From assembly GCF_003918875.1 (NCBI RefSeq), contig NW_025767096.1, forward strand, positions 372,001-436,000: 64,000 nt of DNA. The letters run 5' to 3'. Positions 24,546 through 36,400 of this stretch are shown in pieces. Within the stretch, counting starts at the first letter, position 1; every line of letters starts with the position of its first letter. Position numbers and translations under genes: made by a program. The notes under the pieces were generated by a model. The model saw only the letters and a list, made by a program, of their open reading frames with translations. It ran no database searches and was not told the DNA's origin. Source of the stretch: Haliotis rubra (lineage: Eukaryota).

Positions 24546-24950
24546 TTCTGTTTATATTAGCCTACTGACGGCTCAAGATTTCATCTAAGTCATGTGGATG
24601 CATAAAATCCCGTACACCCCTCATCACAATGCTACAACTTATAATGAACGTCTACGCTGATGAGACAACGTTGCCTTGCTGTTGTGAATCCGAGAGGGGG
24701 TATGCGTGGGACTGAACAAGCTCCAGTACAGATGGCTTGTCCACGTGATATCAACAAGTGACCCCATCGTGATTACTGTTGACTGTCTAGGGTGCACTGA
24801 GCGCACCTTATTGCCTAATCCGTTTAAAAACGAGTCTCGTCTTATCTCATGCCTATAAGCTCTGTTCATTGTTTGATCGGCATTCTAGAAGTTGGTGACT
24901 CAAAAATGAAACATACAACTTTATGGATGACAACTTCTTATTTATTGCAT

Positions 24951-24995
24951 AGAGCGACGTTTCGATGTAGATCCTTACATCGTTATCAAGCTAAA
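24951..24995 (-). ncRNA. Minimal type I hammerhead ribozyme-like motif in Penelope pLTR
   Basis: Minus strand AGC-UUGAUAA-C-GAUGUA(aggauc)UACAUC-GAAAC-GUC-GCU. Confidence 0.55.
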
Positions 24996-25186
24996 AGTGA
25001 ATACAACCAGATGATGAGAGGTATATATACATAGTATGTTTTGACAAACAGCAGATTAACAACAACATGTAATTGAATAACAACTGGCACCGAATTATGA
25101 GAGGCCATCGGGAGACTGAAAACAACAAATGAGAATCACCCTACCCTACATCGGCAAGACCTAGCATCAAATTAGCAGACTACTAA

Positions 25187-27194
25187 TGGTGCGGTCCCAG
25201 TGCCGACCCTATACGCTACTCGACCTTCTCGACCTGAAGGTCGAGTTGGTCGAGTTTCAGAACGAGTTAGGTCGAGTCAGGTCGAGTCAGGTCGAGTCAG
25301 ATCGAATCAGGTCTACCAAGTTTTTGAAAATGTTTTGACATGTCAAAAATTTTCCCCGACTTCCTCCTCGACCTTTGGTTCGAGATGGGGTCGAGAATAG
25401 GTCGAAAAAAGGTCGACCTTAGGTCGAGTTGAAGGTCGAGCTGGCCTGACATGCCGATCCGTGTTCGTCTAAGAGTCGATCTGTACTCGGCCTCGACTCG
25501 ACCTTGAGTCGACCAACTCTAACTGGACTCCACTTGGACTCAACCTGGAGTCGACCGACTCGACCTGAAGTCAACCTATCTCGACCTCAGCTCGACCTAA
25601 TCGAGTCCGCGCCAACCGCATAAATGGTCGCCATCTTCCCAATTGCGTCATAAAAGCCAAACGGCAGCCAGTGGTAGCACATCATCTAAAAAAACAAACA
25701 AGAGTTCCTTTGTAAATGAAGTAGTCCTAAATAATAGAGTACACTTTAAAGTCATTTGGATATCATCTTCTCTTGCCAATGAACAGCTCCTGGGCCCATG
25801 AAATAGTTCTTCAAATAGTTTCTTTGGCTGGCGCCATCTAGTGGGGTAACGTTCCTCGCACCCCGGTTATCCCCATCAAGCAGCTGTGTGCAGGAACGTG
25901 AACAGTCCTCATTCCCCTGGTCTGTGAGGTTCATCTGACTGTTCCGGTTCCTCGTTCTCAGCATGTTGTGTAAAGTGACGCAGGCCAGGGTTATCTGTTC
26001 AGCTCTGTCTGCAGTGCTATTTAGGGAGCCGAGCAGGATCTGGAACCTCATAGCCAGAATCCCGAAGGTATTCTCCACCACTCGTCTGGCCCGAGACAGT
26101 CTGCAAAAGGCACAAATTAAACATTTTTAAGTCAAGTGCATTCAAAATTCAAAACCTTTGATATAATATTGCATACACCCAAAGATACTAAGTTATAATT
26201 TGATTCAGGTATTTATGGAAAAGAATAATTACCTGCAGTTGAAGATCTGCTGATCGGGGTCCATCTGACGCATGGAAAAGACTTCATCATCCAGGGGCGG
26301 AGTGGAAAGGCATCGTCGCCGATGATGAAGTATGGCGCACCATACGGGGAATACAAGGTCATCGCCCTCCATCCGATCTCGTGAATGGTTGAAGACCATC
26401 AGCGAGTGCCAGCAAGACGATAGGGAAGAAGTTCTTGTAGTAGTAGAAGAGGGACCCGCTTTTGGGAGGCTTCTTGATACGTATGTGCTTGCCATCAAAC
26501 GCACCGGTGCAATATGGAAATTGCCACCTTTCCTTGAAGCACGGGCTACAGTATTCCATCTGCTCTGATCCCACTCATCTGACCGATACTCAGCTTTGAA
26601 GGCGTCAAGGATGGGATTGGTGTGCTTTCGGCTGAGGCTTTGGCTTTGGAGGAGGGTTGGCATTCTCCAGGTCATCCACCAGTTCAAGCAGGTGCCAGGC
26701 TATCTGCACCCAAATGGTAAGCAGTCTTCGCTTCTCGGGGCTCACCAGGTTTACGTCAAGGTTCCTGATGGTGATGTTACTACTTTGCAGTCCTGTAATT
26801 GAATGGGTACCTGGTGAAAATGCACCCTGTAATTTATACAATTTGGAAACCAAGGGTCTACTCGTCAGAAAAAATGGAATTTCCGTCGAGAACCAGTCGC
26901 TCCGGTTGAACACAGGTCGCGTAGAGGTCGGGGCGGTCGACTTAAGACGAAATTAATTCGAAATTAGGTCGATATACAGGTCTAGCTGGTCGAGCATAGG
27001 TCTTCTCAACTTGGCCGACCTGAGTCGAGATAGGTCGACTGAAGTCGAACTAAAATTGATCTAAGGTCCTTACGAGGTAATTATGAGGTTTTGAGGTCGT
27101 TGTGAGGTCGAGATACCTCCCAGGTCGAGACAGGTCGAGTAGTTTGCGAGGTCGAGTCGGTCGAGCTCCCGGGGTCGCCACTGGGACCGCACCA
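25187..27194 (-). mobile_element. PIF/Harbinger DNA transposon, degenerate
   Basis: TIR tggtgcggtcccagtg/cactgggaccgcacca, TWA flanks, subterminal TCGAC repeats. Transposase fragments FPYCTGAFDGKHIRIKKP, SLFYYYK, RVVENTFGILAMRF, ACVTLHN. Confidence 0.9.
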
Positions 27195-28269
27195 TTAAAG
27201 GGCCTCTGATTCAGAGCAATTTCCGTGGACTGGTTGTTGCTTTTGTTATTGTTTTTCTCCAGTGAGTACCCGGATGATATCCCAGAATTCATGACTTGTT
27301 CGTTACCTCTGCTGCGCCACCCTCATGCGCACTTGATAGTATAAGTATAGACTGTTCAACAAAGATGAAATTTTTTTTACTTGATAATCTTATGTCGATT
27401 TTGTTGTAAAATTATGTAGACTTTGATGAATACTTTGGTTTCTGATGAAAATATATTCACTTTGATAAAAATGCTGAGTTTGATATAAAACTTTGATTTC
27501 ATAGTAATGTCGACTTTATAAAAATGTTAACGTAAATGGATGTAGAATTTGATTTAAGCATCAAGCAGGCATCGACACCATCTTCACTGGCTCCCCATCC
27601 CTCAGGACCATCCTCCAAGCCAATGGCCGTAAATTGCCCTCCAAAAAGCAACCCCCCAAAGGAGTGATCTACAAAATTAATTGTGAATGTCGTGACTCCT
27701 ATATAGGTAGAACCTCCCGTCCCGTTGATATCCGCAATAAAGAACATAAACAGCCAAAGGAGACAGCAAGTCAGCTCTCTCCGACCACCAACAGAAATTC
27801 CCTATACCTATCAAATCAAGTTCGACAAATTTGAAATCCTGTCAACCAAGAATCAGGACTTCACAAAAGGAAAACTCTTGGAAGCCGCTACAAACCTTTG
27901 ATCAATAGAGACCAAGGATACTACATACCATCGGCCTATGAAGAATTAATCAAACTATAGACTGTATAAAGCACCCAATCAGCTTGTTATTACGACCTAA
28001 CCTAATCCCCCTTGTTTATTGGCTTCCATACAGTCTCATCTGTTGTTTTTAGTCTCCCACTGGCCTCTCATAATTTTGTGCCAGTTGTTGTTATTCAATT
28101 ACATGTTGTTGTTAATGTTAATCTGCTGTTTGTCAAAACATACTATGTATATATCCTATTGTTGGGTATTGCAGAGAATATATATATTGCGATATATTGC
28201 GATGCGAAAGCATATATTGCGATATGCATTGCAATATTACGGAAGCGCTGAAGGGACATGATGAAATAT

Positions 28270-28650
28270 AATTTATCTTGAGCGCACAAGTTAGTATGTT
28301 GAGTGCACAAGTTGATATATTGAGCGCACAAGTTAACAGTGTGAGTGAGTGAGTGAGTGAGTTTAGTTTACGCCGCACTCAGCAATATTCCAGCTATATG
28401 GCGGCGGTCTGTAAATAATCGAGTCTGCACCAGACAATCCAGTGATCACCAGCATGAGCATCGATCTGCGCAATTGGGAACCGATGACATGTGTCGACCA
28501 AGTCATCCGAGCCTGACCACCCGATCCCGTTAGTCGCCTCTTACGCACAAGTTAATATATTGAGCGCACAAGTTAGCATCTTGAGCGCACAAGTTAGTAT
28601 CTTGAGTGCACAAGTGAATATATTGAGCACACAAGTTAGTATCTTGAGTG
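28270..28650. repeat. 21-bp tandem repeat (ttgagcgcacaagttagtatc) interrupted by a truncated SINE A
   Basis: Three units before and about five after; gcacaagttaa flanks the SINE. Confidence 0.85.
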
Positions 28651-28810
28651 GAGCGGAAACTCGAGCTGGTCCATGCTTATTTCAGTCTTGGGTTCCAATA
28701 CAAAGATATAACACATCTTCTTGTCAAAATCATGGTGTATGTCACTTGAAGCGTATTCTGAGGTGTATGTCCCTCTTTCGCACCAGATACTAGATTTGCT
28801 GATGTTACAG

Positions 28811-28970
28811 TGAGTGAGTACGATTTACGCCGCTTTTAGCAATATTCCAGCAATATCACGGCGGGGACACCAGAAATGGGCTTCACGCATCGTTCCCATG
28901 TGAGGACTCGAACCCAGGTCTTCGGCGTGACGAGTGGACGCTTTAACCATGAGGCTACCCTCACCACCCA
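28811..28970 (-). mobile_element. SINE family B copy
   Basis: 13-bp TSD gctgatgttacag. Confidence 0.9.
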
Positions 28971-29430
28971 GCTGATGTTACAGACTTTATTGCGGACAAC
29001 TTCGACGATCTGGACAAAGACATGGTTATCGTTGTATGCATTTTATCAAAAAAATTATCAAACATGTATCCAATGCGGTTTAATCGTGAAACAGGATACT
29101 GTAAGGTAGTAAGAGTGTTGGACCCGGATGGTGTTGAATTTCGCTCAAGACACTGTCTTTACCGACTTGTTTATGCTTCAACTTCCTCTGTTGTTAAAAC
29201 ATGTTAAATAAACTACAACACACACACACGTATACATACGGGATTGAAACGGAGGAAGTAAAACGGGGAACATGGAATTTTATAGTCTGTCATACAGACC
29301 CTGAAGCAAATATATCCACGAAAGCCCACTCAAGTCTTGAAAATGTGGCAAGTCTAGATTTCCACAGCTTTCTGAAAATGAAGAAAGTCTCAGGGCTTCT
29401 TTTCATTATATTTTATTTTTTCAATATGAG

Positions 29431-29775
29431 GTGAGGTGAGGTGAAATTGGGTTTTACGTCCTGCTTGAGAATATTTCGCTCATATGACGACGTGCATGCG
29501 TGTGTATGTGTATGTGCGGCTGCTTGTACTAGCCCAGACTAAGCTGGTTTTATAGTGCTAGCCCACTGAGATACTATGCCGCAGTGAAGCATGAATACCC
29601 CACTCAGACAGATTATACTGACTCCGAACTGACCAGTCCTTGGTGTACCCATTAATGCCGAGCGCCAGGCAGGGACCATATTTTAACGTCTTTTGGTATG
29701 ACGCGGTCGGGGATCGAACCCGCGACCTTCCGCTCTCCGGGCGGACGCTCTAACCACTACACCACGGAGGCGGTC
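29431..29775 (-). mobile_element. SINE family C (~345 bp, tRNA head, (CTCAC)n tail)
   Basis: B box GGTTCGATCCC, 13-bp TSD ttttcaatatgag. Further copies near 51030-51380 and 61648-62000 (+). Confidence 0.88.
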
Positions 29776-30334
29776 TTTTCAATATGAGCTTTTTTGGTAA
29801 AATATGTTCATTTCAGAGACTAGATGTTAGTCTAGGAATTTTAGTAAGAAATAAAGTCGGTATATGTGCCATACATGCACATACCAATGGATCAAATAAA
29901 TCAGGCGGGTTATTTATGATATTGTTCAGAGATAAACTGCCATTGTACCCACGTTAGGAAACAGTTACTGATACATGCAAACCAAGTATACAGACTATAG
30001 TTCCCTGAAAGCGGTCGACTTTACTTAGAATACATCAGACATCAGTTTTATAATGAAGTATATAACACTCAATGTTTACATTTTTCATGGTCATGTAATA
30101 CTATGTATACATAATAAAGCCGTAGCACAAAACAAGTTATCCAAGCTTTACGCTAGTGTTCATAATACTTACCAATATTAGAAGTCAGTAAAACCACTAT
30201 TCATCCCTGCAATAAACTCCTACTCGTGTTTATGTTTTATTTTTTATTATGACATTACACATACCTGGCCTTGCTTTATGCAATAAAGCAAACAGTGGTA
30301 AAATCAGTTACAAAAAATATACTAAACACATAAA

Positions 30335-31420
30335 GAAACTGTGCATACAAAAAGTTAAAATCTAAATTTATCAAACCTGTGTAGAGACATAAGGATTTAA
30401 ACTCAAAGATTAGTGACATGTACCCAACATGCATGCACGTGCCACGTTCCGTGACGTCAGTGGGTTCGTCCCTGAGACGTGCAATACGTTGTTGCACGTG
30501 CATTCCGGGAAAGAGAAACAGAGCAAATGAATGCCACACAATACTGTCACTTTGGAAAGCTCAACCCCTGCTCTTGCGATCGTTCAAAAAATTAAACGGC
30601 TATTGAAACGCATAGCATGCCAAGGCTCACGTCTGCACAACGTCATGAGGCCATTGGGATGGTCCGTGGGGGAATGTCTCAACGACAAGTGGCCGCACAT
30701 TTCCACTGCCACAGGAACACCATTTCTGCACTGGTGAGACGCTACCAGAACACAAATGACGTCATCGATCGGCCACGTTCTGGACGTCCACGTGTAACAA
30801 CGCCAAGACAGGACATATGGATTTGGGTGACCCATCTTCGCCACAGGTTTCAGACTGCAGTGATGACTGCCCGAACCATCCCAGGACTTCGCCGTATCCA
30901 CCCCAACACAGTTCGACAACGTTTTCGTCATCACGGGATCTGACCACGACGTCCCGCCATACGGCCTATCCTGACACAACGTCATCGACAAGCTCGCCGA
31001 ATGTGGTGCCGAAATCATGTCCGCAGACCCTTGTTTTGGTGGAGAAATGTTGTTTTTACAGAAGAGTCCAGGTTTAACATTTCCCATAGTGATGGGCGTC
31101 AATGTGCCTATAGACGCGTGCGAGAACGTTATGCACAGGCCTTTGTCTTGAGAGGAATCGCTTTGGTGGTGGTTCCGTGATGATTTGGGGTGAAATAACT
31201 CCAAAGAACTCCTTTGGTGATTGTTCAGGGCAACTTAACTGGTGTGGGCTACAGGGATCAGATTCTTCGACCTGTGGCAATTCCTTTTCTGCAACGTCAA
31301 GGCCCTGGGTTAACATTCCAACAGCACAATGTCCGCCCTCATACGGCAATGGTTGCTATGGATTTCTTGCAACACCACAACGTTGACTTACTGCCTTGGC
31401 CTGCAAATTCACCCGATCGC
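30335..31420 (+). mobile_element. Tc1/mariner transposase pseudogene, 3'-truncated
   Basis: ORF from 30617: HTH, RSGRPRVTT, VVFTEESRF (D>E), FQQHNVRPH (D>H), WPANSPD. In-frame stop at 30941 and a later frameshift. Confidence 0.88.
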
Positions 31421-32343
31421 CGACATATGTACATAACAAAGCCGAAGCACAAAACAAGTTATCCAAGCTTGACGCCAGTGATCATAATACTCTGTACCAA
31501 TATTAGAAGTCAGTAAAACCACTATTCATCCCTGCAATAAACTCCTACTCCTATGTTTATGTTTTAATTTTTATTATGACATTACACATACCTGGGCTTG
31601 CTTTATGTAATAAAGCAATAGTGGTAAAATCAGATACAAAGAATAGTATTGACAAGCATAAAGACGATGAACATTTACATAAACATTATCAGTGTTAATG
31701 ATACATTTGCATACTTTTACATAGTCTCAGCATAAGCACCTAGTTAACTCCGACTTTCCATCCTTTGAAATCTTCCCAAAAGGATATAAAATTGTACATT
31801 TTAGCCATCAGTCAAGCAAACGTGCGTTGCAGTAATGCCATTAGATGCTAAACACGAAGTTAAGTGCACAACATTCTAACTTTCTAACATTTGATTTAAC
31901 ATTCCCATGCATTTAAAGGGCAGTTTACAGGAGAGAATTTGGTACCAAAACAACAACTTAAGATTTTTTTCAGAGTTCAACAACAGAAATCTGAAATAGT
32001 CTTTACATTTATGCTAATAATACAGGTGGTGTAAAAATATAGATTAACGTTTTTCTTAACCAAATAAATGTTGAATGTTTGTGTTACTTTACTTAATTAT
32101 CGTTTCTTTATTGAAGAAATATTAATATAAATGTTAAGCCTTGATAAATAAGTTTCCCGTCATGCATGCACATCTATCACAGCGTCCACTATGGCCAACT
32201 ATTTGCAGACGATTGTTGCAAAGGTTTATAAGTTTTTTGTGCTTGAAAAAGACAGAGGTAGACCTTTCATTAGTATAGAAATGGTTTATTACAGAACTTG
32301 TAGAGCTGTTGGTATGTCTTACCAACAAGTTTACAATATTGTA

Positions 32344-32509
32344 GGGGCGGTGGGGTAGCCTAGTGGTTAAAGCGTTGGCTCGTCACGCCGAAGACCCGGG
32401 TTCGAATCCCCACATGGGTACAATGTGTGAAGCCCATTTCTGGTGTCCCCCGCCGTGATATTGCTGGAATATTGCTAAATGCGGCGTAAAACCAAACTCA
32501 GTCAGTCAG
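32344..32509 (+). mobile_element. SINE family B (~165 bp, tRNA-derived head), intact copy
   Basis: A box TAGCCTAGTGG, B box GGTTCGAATCC, shares its 3' tail with family A, 12-bp TSD tacaatattgta. Other copies near 2298-2463, 10626-10785, 13345-13485, 39634-39783, 40600-40760, 42300-42465, 42915-43065, 52924-53080, 63908-64000. Confidence 0.9.
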
Positions 32510-33296
32510 TACAATATTGTAAACAAATCAGACAAGACAGGGACCGTCTCAAAAGCAAAACCGGGACGTAAAACCATCCTTGACAACTTTGACAAGGGAG
32601 TACTTAGACGGGCGGTCTACAAACTTTAGGAGAAGAAGAATATATATATTCTAAAGAAGCTACAACAGTGACCTCGTGAAATCTTTGGCCAATGTTCACA
32701 ACTAGATTAAACTGACCGAATTACATCCATATTTTGCAATGAAATATACTGTTGACATGCAAAACATTTATTAAAACGTTGCACACTTCTACAATCAATC
32801 GATAAGATACCACAAGTGATAGGATTCTTTCCAATGTACAGTAATTCGTATGTTTATTTCACAACAAACACACATACACAAATGATCCCTTACATAACCA
32901 ATACATATACTATACGTACACATATTCAACATTTTGAAGAAAACATCTATTGAGATGACCCCTCGCCCGAGCGTGTGCTCAGGTGTCAATTTCACCTGTC
33001 GATACCGTGCATGCTGATGACGTAACACAGGCTGTATCAAATAACGTCCCACTACCCCTTATTTTTCTAAGTTTTTGGTATTTTCATCAGTAAAAACGCA
33101 TTTTAGGGCATATCTCAAACTTTATTCCTTCGGTCTAAATTAGGTAGATGTTTCTTAAAGTGATTTAACCGGCCTAATTTATTGTTCCCAAGGAAAGGAA
33201 GACGAGTGATGAAAATACAATCGACAAGTCCGCGGCAAATCGTAAAATAAATGCGAGCGGTTTTTCTTGATCTGAAAGTGGATGGCCTCCCTTTGG

Positions 33297-33306
33297 CTTT
33301 CTTTCC
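33297..33306 (+). promoter_or_regulatory. TCT/5'TOP-type pyrimidine initiator of RPL13A
   Basis: CTTTCTTTCC lies ~140 bp upstream of the ATG. An acceptor ttttag|ccatcATG at 33438 implies a short 5' non-coding exon and intron, typical of RP genes. Confidence 0.6.
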
Positions 33307-33443
33307 GTGTTAAACCGGTTCTACTGTTTGTACGCGACGCAAGCTAACCGCTTTTACTCGTTTTTGTAGACAGGTGCCTGGTCAACTTCCGATTTGTCCG
33401 TGGAAAACCACGTGTAACCCCCTTAATCTGCCTTTTAGCCATC

Positions 33444-36400
33444 ATGGGTTTTCAGAACAAGGTAGACGACAACACTGTGCTATCATTATAGTCTGTTTGG
33501 AAGCCCAAGAATGTGGAAATGCTGTTCAATGCATAGCAAATCATCATTATAACATGAACTAGCAATATATGTCAAATTGAAAGCCCTTTCGTGCGTGTTC
33601 TGCTCGATAAGGCTCCACAACCCACGTGTGGTATAATATGGATACCGAATGTATGTGGAAGATCGCAAAGTCACAAATGGTTTAGTGAGGAATATGAGAA
33701 CAATATTTGTAGTAAACAGATTCAAAGTTTGTATCACCCTAAAAGTGTACAAGTCATGTACGTCAGTTATCTCTATTTATGACATGTCATTGAGGAGAAT
33801 TACTAAGTGCTACAACTTCGTGATACTTCACTGGGATCAGTTAGAAGATAACTCGTAGCAGGCCATAATTGCAGCTGTAGAATCCCTGTTCACGTCATTT
33901 ATTGCTTTATTCTTTACTTTCTTGAGATTTTTGAAAAAGCATTTGTGTACCATTTATCCAATTTAAGTCTGATAATTGGATGTATTGACTTAAAAATCAC
34001 GGTTTATTTGTATGCTTGATGATCTAAAGTTTAGTACTTTGTCTTTCATCATGGTAAATACTAAATACTAAATATTCTGTTAGGACAATCTGAAATAGCT
34101 CTATCTTCGGATAACCAGTTATTATTCGAGGGGCTAGAATGCACTTTACCGAAGCAGCCCTCGCTGCCCTTTACGATCCTTAGGGTTAGGGTATGGCACC
34201 CTTTACGATCGTTAGGGTTAGGGTTAGGAACCCCAGCAGCTTAATTAATCTGAAAAAGTGCCCGGTCAAGTGCAGTACTCCCCGAGGGGCTAGAATGCAC
34301 TTTACCGGCAGCCCTCGCTACTCCCCTTTACGATCCTTAGGGTTAGGGTATGGCACCCTTCACGATGCGTTAGGGTTAGGGTTAAGGAACCCCAGCAGCT
34401 TAATTAATCTGAAAAGTGCGCCCCCGGTCAAGTGCAGTACTCCCGAGGGGTTAGAATGCACTTTACCAGCAGCCTCTCTGCTCCCCTTCACGATCCTTAG
34501 GGTTAGGGTATGGCACCCTTTACGATCGTTAGGGTTAGGGAGTTAGGGAACCCCAGCAGCTAATTAATCTGAAAAAAGTGTACCGGTCAAGTGCAGTACT
34601 CCCGAGGGGCTGAGAATGCACTTTACATCGGCGCAGCCCCTCGCTACTCCCTTTTACGATCCTTAGGGTTAGGGTATGGCACCCTTTACGATCGTTAGGG
34701 TTAGGGTTAGGGAACCCCAGCAGCTTAATTAATCTGAAAAGTGCGCCCGGTCAAGTGCGAGTACTCCCGAGGGGCTAGAATGCACTTTACCGAGCGCACG
34801 CCCCTCGCCGTCTTTACGATCCTTAGGGTTAGGGTATGGCACCCTTTACGATCGTTAGGGTTAGGAGTTAGGAACCCCAGCAGCGCTTAATTAATCTGAA
34901 AAAGTGCGCTCGGTCAAGTGCAGTAACTCCCGAGGGGCTAGAATGCACTTTTACTGGAGCATTCCTCGCTACTCCCTTTACGATCCTTAGGGTTAGGGTA
35001 TGGCACCCTTTACGATCGTTAGGGTTAGGGTTAGGGGAACCCCAGCAGCTTAATTAATCTGAAAAAAGTGCGCCCGGTCAAGTGCAGTACTCCCGAGGGG
35101 CTAGAATGCACTTTACCGGTAGCAGCCCTCGCTGCTCCCTTTACGATCCTTAGGGTTAGGGTGGTATGGCACCCTTTACGATCGTTAGGGTTAGGGTTAG
35201 GGAACCCCAGCAGCTTAATTAATCTGGAAAAAAGTAGCCGGTCAAGTGCAGTACTCCCGAGGGGCTAGAATGCACTTTACCGGGAGCAGCCCTCGCTGCT
35301 CCCTTTACGATCCTTAGGGTTAGGGTATGGCACCCTTTACGCATCGTTAGGGTTAGGGTTAGGGAACCCCAGCAGCTTAATTAATCTGAAAAAGTGCGCC
35401 CGGTCAAGTGCAGTACTCCCCAGGGGCTAGAATGCACTTTACCGGCGCGTAGCCCCGCTCGCTCCCTTCACGATCCTTAGGGTTAGGTATGGCACCCCTT
35501 TACGATCGCTAGGGTTAGGTTAGGGGAACCCCAGCAGCTTAATTAATCTGAAAAAGTCGCCCGGTCAAGTGCAGTACTCCCGAGGGGCTAGAATGCACTT
35601 TACCGGCGCTAGCCCTCGCCAGTTCCCTCACGATCCTTAGGGTTAGGGTATGGCACCCTTTACGATCGCTAGGGTTAGGGTTAGGGAACCCCAGCAGCCA
35701 ATTAATCTGGAAAAGTGCTACCGGTCAAGTGCAGTACTCCCCGAGGGGCTAGAATGCACTTTACCGGCGCAGCCCTCCCTTTTACTGATCCTTAGGGTTA
35801 GGGTATGGCACCCTTTACGATCCAATAGGGTTAGGGTTAGGGAACCCCAGCAGCTTAATTAATCCTGAAAAGCCCAAAGCGCAGTCAAGTGCAGTACTCT
35901 ATCATGGCACATTCAGTTGTAAGAGAAACATTTGAACAGGTGAATTTGTATGTAATGGTCTAAGAATACTTATCAAGTTTTTTTTGTTATGAACTGATTG
36001 AGGTAGCTGACCAAACAAGTTGTCAATATTATATTGTCACAGCTTAACTGCGCTTTTCACATTTTAAAGTGTAACTACTAACAAATATAAACAAACAAAT
36101 TCTGCTGAACAGCGAAAGTGAACAATTAGAAGTTTACAGTTAAAACAAGCAGTCCAAACTGAAAATGTAAACCCATCTATAAATTTAAAGTAATGTAGTA
36201 CTAACAAAATGCAATTTAAATGTCAGCATTTGAAAGTGTATGTGAATATAATTCCATTGTCATTTGATTATTGTATGATGCCTATGAATGTCCTATCTCA
36301 TAGTCGTAGTGTATAGTTTTAGTTGAAGTCCTGTAAGTCTTGTCCATGCCACTTGATTATCTCATGCCCTATACACGTGATCAACCTGAATTGATATTGT

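Larger units (their letters stand above)
24890..27960 (+). mobile_element. Penelope-like element remnant (GIY-YIG endonuclease region) with inverted pLTR, interrupted by nested insertions
   Basis: ITLPYIG...QISRLL (25135-25186) resumes at 27558 HQAGIDTIF...GVIYKINCECRDSYIGRTSR...R..EH...INRD. An inverted LTR-like segment lies at 24890-25035. Confidence 0.8.

Noticed and set aside
32344-32420. tRNA-Asp gene
   Set aside because: The tRNA-like head continues into a SINE body and tail with TSDs, has many decayed copies, and lacks a proper acceptor stem.
34127-35900. True telomere, or hammerhead retrozyme array
   Set aside because: TTAGGG occurs only in blocks of 2-3 within a complex unit inside an intact gene, and no CUGANGA/GAAA core is present on either strand.
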